This document shows, piece after piece, positions 9,846 through 18,241 of a DNA stretch of 64,000 nucleotides (position 1 is its first letter; each line of letters opens with the position of its first letter). The notes beneath the pieces were generated by a model. It ran no database searches and was not told where the DNA came from. It was given only the letters and a program-made list of their open reading frames with translations. The position numbers and the translations under genes are program-made. The stretch is from Candidatus Multivoradales bacterium (lineage in GTDB: Bacteria; Acidobacteriota; Thermoanaerobaculia; Multivoradales; JAHEKO01): positions 192,001-256,000 of the forward strand of contig CBDCVR010000014.1 of the NCBI GenBank assembly GCA_965223155.1. The letters are read 5' to 3'.

Positions 9846-10832
9846 GTGAGTTCTTCAAAGATCGGAATCCTCGGACTCGGGGCTTACGTCCCGGAGCACG
9901 TCATGACCAACGACGACTGGGCGCAGTACGTCGATACCTCGGACGAGTGGATCACCACCCGGACCGGGATCAAGACCCGCCGGATCGCCGATCCGGGAGA
10001 GTCCACCGCCGACATGGCCGAGCACGCGGCCCGGGCGGCGATGGCCGACGCCGGGATCCAAGCCGCCGACATCGACGAGTTGATCGTGGCCACCGATACG
10101 CCCGAGGTCTACTGCCCGGACACCGCCGCCTTCTTGCAACACCGGCTAGGACTGGGCGAGATTCCCGGCTACGACCTGGGGGGCAGCGGCTGCGCCGGCT
10201 GGGTTCTCGCCCTGGAGCTGGCGCGTAGCCGCATCGCGACCTCCGGCGCCACCGTCCTGGTCGTAGGAGTCGAGCTCCTGACCCGCTTGATGGACTGGAG
10301 CGACCGCTCGACCTGTGTGCTCTTCGGCGATGCCGCCGGAGCCGCCGTGGTGACCGCCGGCGATGGGGTCGCCGAGATCCTCGCGACCACCGCCGGCACC
10401 GACGGCTCGAAGACCGACATCCTGCAGCGAGAGGCCGGCGGCACGCGCGTGCCGTTTGGCTCGGCGGCCGGCGACCGCGACCACCTGCGCATCGACTTCA
10501 ATGGCCGCGAAGTTTTCAAGGAGGCGGTGCGGCGCATGTCGGCGGCTTCGCGCAAGGTCGTCGAAGAGGCCGGCTACACCCTGGACGACGTCGATCTCCT
10601 GGTGCCGCACCAGGCCAATCTGCGCATCCTCCAGGCGGTGGGCAAGAAGCTGGGCCTGCCACCCGAAAAGGCCTACTGCAACGTAGACGAGTTCGGGAAT
10701 ACCGGATCGGCTTCGATCCCTCTGGCACTGGCGGGCGCCAAGAACAGCGGAATGCTCCATAGCGGACAGCTTGTTCTCTTGACAGCCTTCGGTGCTGGCT
10801 TTCACTGGGCCGCCGCGCTGCTTCGCTTCTAA
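9846..10832 (+). CDS. fabH: Beta-ketoacyl-ACP synthase III
   Basis: DTSDEWITTRTGI; Cys-His-Asn triad in GSGCAG, PHQAN and GNTGSAS; LFGDAAGA; AFGAG. Confidence 0.93.
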   Translation: MSSSKIGILGLGAYVPEHVMTNDDWAQYVDTSDEWITTRTGIKTRRIADPGESTADMAEHAARAAMADAGIQAADIDELIVATDTPEVYCPDTAAFLQHRLGLGEIPGYDLGGSGCAGWVLALELARSRIATSGATVLVVGVELLTRLMDWSDRSTCVLFGDAAGAAVVTAGDGVAEILATTAGTDGSKTDILQREAGGTRVPFGSAAGDRDHLRIDFNGREVFKEAVRRMSAASRKVVEEAGYTLDDVDLLVPHQANLRILQAVGKKLGLPPEKAYCNVDEFGNTGSASIPLALAGAKNSGMLHSGQLVLLTAFGAGFHWAAALLRF

Positions 10833-10862
10833 CGTGCCTCCGACGCCAAGAGAGCTCCTCGT

Positions 10863-12986
10863 TTGTCTGATCACGACCTGCCACCGCATCCGACCATCCG
10901 GCACGAGCTCTTAGAGCGCCAGATCCGGGAAACACTGGGTAGCCCGGCCGGTCTGGCGCCGGAGGTCCAGCGGCTCCTGGACCAGGTGAGCGAGGCGTAC
11001 GACAAGCTGGACGCGGAGCGCGCCCGAGCCGAGCGCGTGCTGCGGGACGAGCTCGAGCGCCTCAGCGAGCTCTTGAAGACCAGCTCCGAGACGCGGGGCG
11101 CACTGTACGAGAGTCGTCAACGCTACCAGGCACTGACCGACAACTCGCCCATCGGCATCTTCCATTCGGACACCGAGGGCAAGACGGTGTACGTCAACCG
11201 AGCCTGGTGCGAGCTGACGGGCCTGACCGAGGAGGAAGCCCTCGCCGATTCCTGGCGAACGGTACTGCATCCCGAAGACCGGGCGCGGAAGCTCTCCGAG
11301 TGGAGCGTGCTCATCGACCACCATCAGCCCATCGGCGGCGACCAGTACCGGCTGCTGCGCAGGGACGGGCGTACGGTCTGGGTCGAGGGCTACGCCGTGC
11401 CCTTGCGGGGCGACGACGGCAGGGTCGTCGGCTACATCGGATCCATCTACGACATCAGCGGTCACAAGGAGGCCGAGAGAATCCGCCGGACCTCCGAAGA
11501 GCGCTACCGCGCCCTCTTCGAGCAGTCCCATGACGTCATCTACACCAGCACCATCGAGGGCCGCTTCCTGGACGTCAACCAGGCGGGCGTCGAGCTTTTC
11601 GGCTACGGTTCCAAGGAGGAGCTCCTGGAAGCCGACCTGGGCACGACCATCTACCGGGATCCCGCAGACCGGGAGCTCCTCGTCCAGGAGCTGCTGGACT
11701 CCGGCATGGTTCGGGCTCACGAGCTACGCCTCAAGACCCGGGATAGCCGCCCCCTGACGGTGCTGGCGTCGATTCAGGCGGTCACCGACGACACCGGCAA
11801 TCCGGTCGAATTTCGCGGCATTCTCCACGACGTCACCGAGACCAAGCACCTCGAGCGGCAGCTCGGCCATAGCCAGAAAATGGAGGCCATCGGCCGCCTC
11901 GCCGGAGGCGTCGCCCACGACTTCAACAACCTGCTGACCGCGATCCTGGGCTACTCGGATCTCATCCGCCAGGATCATGCCGACGAGTCGGTCACCGCCC
12001 TTCATGCCGGCGAGATTCGGAGCGTGGCGAAGCGGGGCGCGGCCCTGACGCAGCAGCTGCTGGCCTTCAGCAAGCGCCAGCGCACCGAGCCGCGGGTGCT
12101 CGAGGTCAACCGCACCGTCGAAGACCTCCGAGAGCTCTTGGCGCGGCTCATTGGCGAAGACGTCGATCTCCGCACCGAGCTCGACTCGGAAGCTGGCACC
12201 ATCGAAGCCGATCCCAGCCAGATCGAGCAGATCCTGGTGAATCTGGCTGTCAACGCCCGCGACGCCATGCCCGGCGGCGGAATCCTGACCTTGACCAGCC
12301 AGCGGATCGAGCGGCTCGACGATCCCAAGTACGGCGACCTCGCCGGCGGACCCTGGGTTCGGCTGGCCGTGCGGGACACCGGCAGCGGCATTCCGGACGA
12401 GGCGCTCGACAAGATCTTCGAGCCGTTCTACACCACCAAGCCGGACGGCAGGGGCACCGGCTTGGGTCTGGCCACCGTCTACGGCGCGGTCCAGCAGAAC
12501 GGCGGTCGCATTCTGGTGGACAGCAGTCGCGGACAGGGCACGACCTTCGAGATCCTGTTGCCGGCCAGCAACGCGAGTGCCACCGACGAGGAGCCGGAAG
12601 TCCAGGAAGAGGCCCCGACCGCAGGGCACGAAACCGTGTTGCTCGCCGAGGACGAACCGGCCGTGCGCTCGCTCTTGAAGAACGCCCTGGTGCGCAACGG
12701 CTACCGGGTGCTTACCGCCGCCAACGGCGCCGAGGCGCTCGAGATCGCGCGGGCCGAGAACGGCAGTCTCAGGTTGCTGGTCTCGGACGTCGTCATGCCC
12801 AAGCTGAACGGCATCGACCTGGCCCGAGCCGTCCGCGCCGAGAACGGCGCCATCCGCATCGTGCTCTTGACCGGCTACGCCGAAGACCAGACCGCCCTCG
12901 AAGAAGTCTCCGACTCGCTGCTGATCAAGCCCTTTGCCCCGCAGGAGCTGGCGCGCAAGGCGCGCGAGCTCCTCGACGCCAGCTAG
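10863..12986 (+). CDS. Cytoplasmic PAS-PAS hybrid histidine kinase with receiver domain
   Basis: Two PAS domains, H-box GGVAHDFNNLL, NARDAM, DTGSGI, GTGLGLA, receiver AEDE...SDVVMP...KPF. Confidence 0.93.
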   Translation: MSDHDLPPHPTIRHELLERQIRETLGSPAGLAPEVQRLLDQVSEAYDKLDAERARAERVLRDELERLSELLKTSSETRGALYESRQRYQALTDNSPIGIFHSDTEGKTVYVNRAWCELTGLTEEEALADSWRTVLHPEDRARKLSEWSVLIDHHQPIGGDQYRLLRRDGRTVWVEGYAVPLRGDDGRVVGYIGSIYDISGHKEAERIRRTSEERYRALFEQSHDVIYTSTIEGRFLDVNQAGVELFGYGSKEELLEADLGTTIYRDPADRELLVQELLDSGMVRAHELRLKTRDSRPLTVLASIQAVTDDTGNPVEFRGILHDVTETKHLERQLGHSQKMEAIGRLAGGVAHDFNNLLTAILGYSDLIRQDHADESVTALHAGEIRSVAKRGAALTQQLLAFSKRQRTEPRVLEVNRTVEDLRELLARLIGEDVDLRTELDSEAGTIEADPSQIEQILVNLAVNARDAMPGGGILTLTSQRIERLDDPKYGDLAGGPWVRLAVRDTGSGIPDEALDKIFEPFYTTKPDGRGTGLGLATVYGAVQQNGGRILVDSSRGQGTTFEILLPASNASATDEEPEVQEEAPTAGHETVLLAEDEPAVRSLLKNALVRNGYRVLTAANGAEALEIARAENGSLRLLVSDVVMPKLNGIDLARAVRAENGAIRIVLLTGYAEDQTALEEVSDSLLIKPFAPQELARKARELLDAS

Positions 12987-13041
12987 GATCCGTCCCGAAT
13001 TTCAGGTGCCGCGGAGGTCCGCGCCGGCTTCCGGCGCGAGA

Positions 13042-15060
13042 TCAGGCCAGCCGGGTCGCCAGGAGCTCGGCCACGGCCCGCAGCGTCGAGTGCTCCAGGA
13101 GATCGGTGATGTCTAGCACGTCCGGATAGCGTTCGTCGATACTCGCCACGATCTGCACCAGATCGAGGGAACTGATCCCGATCTCGAAGAAGCTCTGGTC
13201 CACGCCCAGCTCGCGATCCTCCAGAACCTCGGCGCAGATCGTCTTGAGCTCGGCCAGGAGCGCCGCGGCGTCCGGCGAGCCGGATGCCGGCGGCCCGGCC
13301 GCCGACCCGGTCTCCGCGGCCGCCACCAAAGCGGGCGCTTCGGAGCTCTCGGCACTGGTTTCGGGCGTCTCCAGCTCGCCCGCTAGCAGATCGGCCACCA
13401 AGCGATGGCGCTGAATCTTGCCGCTCGTGGTGCGCGGGATCCGGCGCACCGGGACGACTTGGTGGACCTCGATACCGATGCCTCGGTTGATGCGCCGCCG
13501 CACGGCCCGATCCGATTCTTCGAATCCCTCGATACTGCCCCGGTACTGGACGAACACGGTGACGTCGTCCCGTTCGGCGCCGGGCCGGCGCACGCCGGCG
13601 GCGACCACCTTGCCCAACTGCAGCCGGCCGCCGTCGATGGCCGCGGCCTCCAGGTCCTCGGGATAGTAATTCTGGCCGTGGACGAAGACCACGTCCTTGG
13701 CGCGGCCGGTCACGATCATCTGCCCATCCAGCAACAGCCCCAGGTCACCGGTGTCTACCCAGCCGTCACCGACCAGGGCTTCGCGGTTGGCTTCCGGGTC
13801 CTCCAGATACCCCCGGGTCACGTTCTCGCCCCGGATCTGGAGCCGGCCCACGACGCCTTCGCCCACCGGCTTGTCCCTGGCATCCACGGCGCGTAGCTGG
13901 ATCTGATCGAACGGCTCTCCGCACATCGCCAGGATCACGCCATCGGGATCGTCGTCGCCAACCTCGACCACATGGTCGCCGAGGCTCAGCCGGTCTCGGC
14001 GCAGGCTCACCCAGCGCAGGGGCTCGTCCGGCGCCTTGTAGCCGACACCGACGCTCGCCTCAGCCAGACCGTACGCCGGACAGACCGCGGTCGGCCGCAA
14101 GCCGAACGGCGCCAGGGCCTCGTTGAACTCTTGGCAGAGCGGAATCGACACCGGCTCGGCTCCGTCCAGCATGAGCTTGACGTGCGCCAGGTCGAGGTCC
14201 TCGGAAGCACCTCGCGAGCGCAGGGCGCGTAAGTAGTGCCGGTAGCCGAAATTGGGAGAGCCGAGCACGTTGGCTCCGACCTCGGCGGCCTTCTCCAGCC
14301 ACAGGCGCGGCCTGCGGGTGAAGAGATCGGTGGGCATGACGTAGTGATCCATGCCGTAGACCACCGGGCAGCAGTGGAAGCCGATGAGCCCCATGTCGTG
14401 GGTTAGCGGCATCCAGTTGAGCGCGACGTCGCCCTCGCCGTAGCCGCCGCGCGCTCCGATGTCGATCGAATTGACGACCACGTTGCGATGGCTGAGCTGA
14501 ATGCCCTTGGGCTCGCGGGTCGAGCCCGACGAGAACTGGAGAAACGCGAGGTCGTCGGGCTCGACGCTCGCGGGCTCGGCGGGCGCGGCCGCCGCGGCAA
14601 GATCGCCAAGCTCCTCCAGCGGCAGCATGCGCTCCCGCATCGCCCCCCACTCGGGCAACGACGCCTTGCCGGCGAACTTCTCCAGCCGCTCGGACCCGAC
14701 CGCGTCAACCAGCAGCCAGGGCTGGTCCAACTTTTCGAAGATGCGGCCGACCTTGGCCCGGTGCTCATCGGTGGCCCCGATCGAGATCGGCGCCACGACG
14801 ATGCCTCCATACTGGCAAGCCCAGAACGCCTCCAGAAAACGGCGATTGTCGGCGCTGGCCATGACCAGAAACTGGCCGCTCTCGACCCCGCGGTCGCGCA
14901 GCACGGACAGCAGCGCCAGAGCCTTCGCCCGGAGCTCGGCAAAGCCGAGCCTGGTCGTCGTTTCGGCGCTCTCGATGAAGTGCACGGCGCCCTCAGCGCG
15001 ATCGCTCAGAGCGAGCGCGTCTAGCGCGGCGGTCAAAGTCCTACCGGATACCTGCTGCAT
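13042..15060 (-). CDS. Fatty acyl-AMP ligase-like adenylation domain fused to a C-terminal carrier protein (FAAL-ACP)
   Basis: FLQFSSGSTREPKG, WMPLTHDMGLIG, AYGLAEAS, DTGDLG and PRTTSGKIQR; carrier domain FFEIGISSL. Start placed at ATG 15060. Confidence 0.88.
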   Translation of the reverse strand: MQQVSGRTLTAALDALALSDRAEGAVHFIESAETTTRLGFAELRAKALALLSVLRDRGVESGQFLVMASADNRRFLEAFWACQYGGIVVAPISIGATDEHRAKVGRIFEKLDQPWLLVDAVGSERLEKFAGKASLPEWGAMRERMLPLEELGDLAAAAAPAEPASVEPDDLAFLQFSSGSTREPKGIQLSHRNVVVNSIDIGARGGYGEGDVALNWMPLTHDMGLIGFHCCPVVYGMDHYVMPTDLFTRRPRLWLEKAAEVGANVLGSPNFGYRHYLRALRSRGASEDLDLAHVKLMLDGAEPVSIPLCQEFNEALAPFGLRPTAVCPAYGLAEASVGVGYKAPDEPLRWVSLRRDRLSLGDHVVEVGDDDPDGVILAMCGEPFDQIQLRAVDARDKPVGEGVVGRLQIRGENVTRGYLEDPEANREALVGDGWVDTGDLGLLLDGQMIVTGRAKDVVFVHGQNYYPEDLEAAAIDGGRLQLGKVVAAGVRRPGAERDDVTVFVQYRGSIEGFEESDRAVRRRINRGIGIEVHQVVPVRRIPRTTSGKIQRHRLVADLLAGELETPETSAESSEAPALVAAAETGSAAGPPASGSPDAAALLAELKTICAEVLEDRELGVDQSFFEIGISSLDLVQIVASIDERYPDVLDITDLLEHSTLRAVAELLATRLA

Positions 15061-15091
15061 CGAAGTTCTGGATCGGCGGCGCCGTTCGGCG

Positions 15092-16402
15092 TCAACGGCG
15101 CTCGGCCGCAAAGTGGAGATGCTCCCGACTGCGTAAGTTTATCGCCGGAGTGATGGCCGGAGGAACCGGCCCCAAGTAGCGCAGCCGCAATTTGCGGGCC
15201 ACCCAGCCCACCACCAATTGCATCTCGATCAGCGACATCTCGTCGCCGATGCAACGACGGGGTCCCGCCGAGAACGGGATGTAGGCGAACCGATGGCGCT
15301 CGGCCTCGGCCTCTGGCTCGAAGCGCGAAGGATCGAAACACTCGGAGTCGCGCCACTCTTCGAGCCGCCGGTGAAGAAAATACGGGGACAGGAAGATGTG
15401 GGTACCGGGATCCACCTCCACCTCGCCCAACCGGTCGGAACCGATCGCCGTCCGGGTAAAGAGCCACACCGGAGGATAGAGGCGTAGGGTCTCGCGCGCC
15501 GCGCGCCGGGCCAGGCCGAGCCCGGACAGGGCCGAAAAGCCCGGCCGCTCCTCGGCAAGCGCGTCCACCTCCTCGTGCAGGCGCCGCTCGATTTCGGGGT
15601 TCTGCGACACGAGGTACCAGAGCCAGTTGAGGGCCGAGGCCGTGGTCTCGTGGCCGGCCACGATCAGGGTCGTGATCTCGTCGATCAGCTCCCGGTCCGG
15701 CATGGGCTCGCCGGTCCGGGGATGGCGGGAAGCCATCATCAACGAGATCATGTCCAGCCTTTCGGCACCCTCCCGCCGGCCGTCGATGACCCTTTGGATC
15801 AGCTTGGTCAGGGCCCGGAACCGCACCACGGTACTGAGATCGCGAGCACGCTCCTCGCTCAGGAAGGCGAATGGGTTCTCACCGGTCTCCTCGACCATCC
15901 AGTCCAGGTCGGCGCCGAAGAGGGTTCGGGAGATCACCTCGAGCGACAGGTCGGAAACATCCTGGGTGAGGTTGACCGGGCGCCCCGCGTCGGCCGCCTC
16001 TTCCCACTCGGCCAGCAGGCGGCCGATGGACGCCGCGAAGACCGGTTCCAGGCCGCGCAGCACGTCCTTGTGAAAGGCGGGCTGGATCATGCGCCGGTGG
16101 TCCAGCCAGAAGTCCCCGTCGCTGACGATAATGCCGTTGCCCAGGAGCATCCTGACCTGGTCCACGCCCGGGCCCTTGCGATAGTTCTTGTAGTTCTTGG
16201 CGAGCACGTGCCCGACCAGGTCCGGATGGTTGACCACCAGCGACGGGTGCCGCCGGCGCACCGGCCGTACCCGAGCGAGGTCGGGGAAGGTGCCGAGCAG
16301 GCTACTCAGGTACTCGAACGAGTCCGGGGCGATGTGAATGTCGAACGGCTCTTCGGGACCCGGCACCTCGGCGGCAGCGTCGGCTGGTTTGGGATCAGGC
16401 AT
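15092..16402 (-). CDS. Cytochrome P450
   Basis: I-helix AGHETT, K-helix ETLR, heme-binding PFSAGPRRCIG. Confidence 0.96.
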   Translation of the reverse strand: MPDPKPADAAAEVPGPEEPFDIHIAPDSFEYLSSLLGTFPDLARVRPVRRRHPSLVVNHPDLVGHVLAKNYKNYRKGPGVDQVRMLLGNGIIVSDGDFWLDHRRMIQPAFHKDVLRGLEPVFAASIGRLLAEWEEAADAGRPVNLTQDVSDLSLEVISRTLFGADLDWMVEETGENPFAFLSEERARDLSTVVRFRALTKLIQRVIDGRREGAERLDMISLMMASRHPRTGEPMPDRELIDEITTLIVAGHETTASALNWLWYLVSQNPEIERRLHEEVDALAEERPGFSALSGLGLARRAARETLRLYPPVWLFTRTAIGSDRLGEVEVDPGTHIFLSPYFLHRRLEEWRDSECFDPSRFEPEAEAERHRFAYIPFSAGPRRCIGDEMSLIEMQLVVGWVARKLRLRYLGPVPPAITPAINLRSREHLHFAAERR

Positions 16403-16446
16403 GTAAGGAAGCTCGGCCAGCGGCCGAGCCTGGCTATCATAGCGCC

Positions 16447-17163
16447 GTGACCAAGCACCGCTTCGGCCGGCGCGCGGCCATCGTATTGCTGCCCGTCTCC
16501 CGGCTCCTGCTCCGCCTCTACTGGCGCACGCTCCGGCCGGCGGGCACCGCCGGCGCGGAGCACCTGGACGCCGTCGTCACCAGCGGCCAACCTTTCATCC
16601 TGTGCTCCTGGCACGAGATGCAACTGCTCTCCCTCCCCTACCTGGCCCGGATCCGGGACCGGGGCGTGGCCCTCGCCTCCCTGGTCAGCCCGTCGGAGGA
16701 TGGGGACATCGCCGCCCGCTTCGGCCGCGGCCTGGGCATCGGCATCGTGCGCGGATCGAGCTCCCGGACCGGTGCTCAAGCCCTGCGCAACCTCTATCTC
16801 GAGATCGCCCATCGGAAGACCTCGCTCGCCCTGACCGTGGACGGCCCGCGCGGCCCCCGGCGGCGTTTCAAGCCCGGAGCGGTGCTCCTGGCGCAGACCA
16901 CCGGCGCTCCCATTCTGCCCTTCGTCTTCGAAGCGACGAGCGCCTGGCGCCTGCGCTCCTGGGACCGCTTCGTCATCCCCAAGCCCGGCGCGCGGATCGC
17001 GTATGCCTTTGGCGAGCCGGTGCCGGTAGGCCGCGACATCGCAAGTACCAGCGGCGACGGCCTCGAAGAGACCGGCCGCCGGCTGGAGGCGGCGATGGCA
17101 GAGCTCTCGGAACAAGCCAGACGCCGGCTCGGCGAGGCGTCTTCAGACGCCGTTCAGGTTTGA
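16447..17163 (+). CDS. DUF374 / lysophospholipid acyltransferase-family protein
   Basis: WH, VSPSEDG, VRGSSSR, TVDGPRGP and SWDRFVIPKP motifs. Confidence 0.85.
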   Translation: MTKHRFGRRAAIVLLPVSRLLLRLYWRTLRPAGTAGAEHLDAVVTSGQPFILCSWHEMQLLSLPYLARIRDRGVALASLVSPSEDGDIAARFGRGLGIGIVRGSSSRTGAQALRNLYLEIAHRKTSLALTVDGPRGPRRRFKPGAVLLAQTTGAPILPFVFEATSAWRLRSWDRFVIPKPGARIAYAFGEPVPVGRDIASTSGDGLEETGRRLEAAMAELSEQARRRLGEASSDAVQV

Positions 17164-17277
17164 CTTCGACCCTCGGTCCGGTCGATGATGGGCGGCCGGC
17201 GAGCCCGCCCCAGGGCGCGGCGGTTCTCCGCCGAGCCTCCCGAAGCCCAACTCTCGAACGACTCCCGAACGAACCGC

Positions 17278-17733
17278 ATGATTGCCCGACCGCAGGACCT
17301 CGCGACTCTCTGGCTGGGAACCGGCTTCCGGTGCCTGGCCGCGGTCGTGCTCGTTCTGGCGGTTGCCGCCTGTGATTCGGGCAGTTCCACCGATCCGGGC
17401 AGCCAGACCGTGATTCTGCAAGGGGAGGTCGTCTCCGAGGGCTCCGAGTGGCATCCGCTCGTGGTCACCGATCCGGGCGTGTTTCACATCGAGGTCGTCA
17501 ACCTGCGCGCCAAACTCCTGGACGTCACCGGCGGCAACACCACCCTGCGCATTGGCGTCGGCCTGGGCCGTCCCGAGGGCGGGGAATGCAACGCCACCTT
17601 CCGTTCGGCCGCGACCATCGGCGACCGGTTTCCACTGGGCCTGGTCGAGGCCGAGTATTGCGTCTTGCTGTTCGATCCTGGGCTTCCCCCCGACAGCATC
17701 ATCGAGTACACCGTTTCGGCAGGGCCCGAATAG
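17278..17733 (+). CDS. Hypothetical lipoprotein (paralog of the downstream gene)
   Basis: Hydrophobic signal ending VAAC; beta-rich body with two Cys; ends YTVS. Start uncertain. Confidence 0.65.
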   Translation: MIARPQDLATLWLGTGFRCLAAVVLVLAVAACDSGSSTDPGSQTVILQGEVVSEGSEWHPLVVTDPGVFHIEVVNLRAKLLDVTGGNTTLRIGVGLGRPEGGECNATFRSAATIGDRFPLGLVEAEYCVLLFDPGLPPDSIIEYTVSAGPE

Positions 17734-17759
17734 AGGCCCCGTCCGCTCCGAGGGTTTTC

Positions 17760-18209
17760 ATGCACAAGCTCCTATCCAGATTCGGTCTCGTGTTTCTGAT
17801 CGCCATCCTGGCGATGGCCGGGTGCGATGACGACGACAGTCCCACCGCCCCGATCGTGGATCCAGTGGAACCGCCGACCGTCACCATCACCTTTGCCGGA
17901 TCCATCGCTCAGGGGACGACAGGCTGCCACGACTTCAACGTCCCGGCAGTCGGTGCCGTCCAGCTTTCGATCACCGAACTCCAACCGCTGGAGACGCTGA
18001 CGGTGGGCATGGGCGCCGGCTTCGTCGACGATACGGTCGAGACCGGCTGCGCGCTATTTGCCACCGACCGGAGCGTCAAGCTCAACGACGTGCTCCAGAC
18101 CACCGTGGGCGCGCCCGACAACTTCTGCGTCTGCGTCTTCGACGTGGGCAACATCTTCCCGGACCAGACGGTGACCTACACCGTCAGCGTCACCCATCCC
18201 ACGCTCTAG
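17760..18209 (+). CDS. Hypothetical lipoprotein
   Basis: MHKLL...AMAGC lipobox; TLTVGMGAG...C...FCVCVFDVG...YTVSVTHP. Confidence 0.75.
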   Translation: MHKLLSRFGLVFLIAILAMAGCDDDDSPTAPIVDPVEPPTVTITFAGSIAQGTTGCHDFNVPAVGAVQLSITELQPLETLTVGMGAGFVDDTVETGCALFATDRSVKLNDVLQTTVGAPDNFCVCVFDVGNIFPDQTVTYTVSVTHPTL

Positions 18210-18241
18210 CAGTCCAGAGCGGCGAGGGCGGCCGGCCGGCT

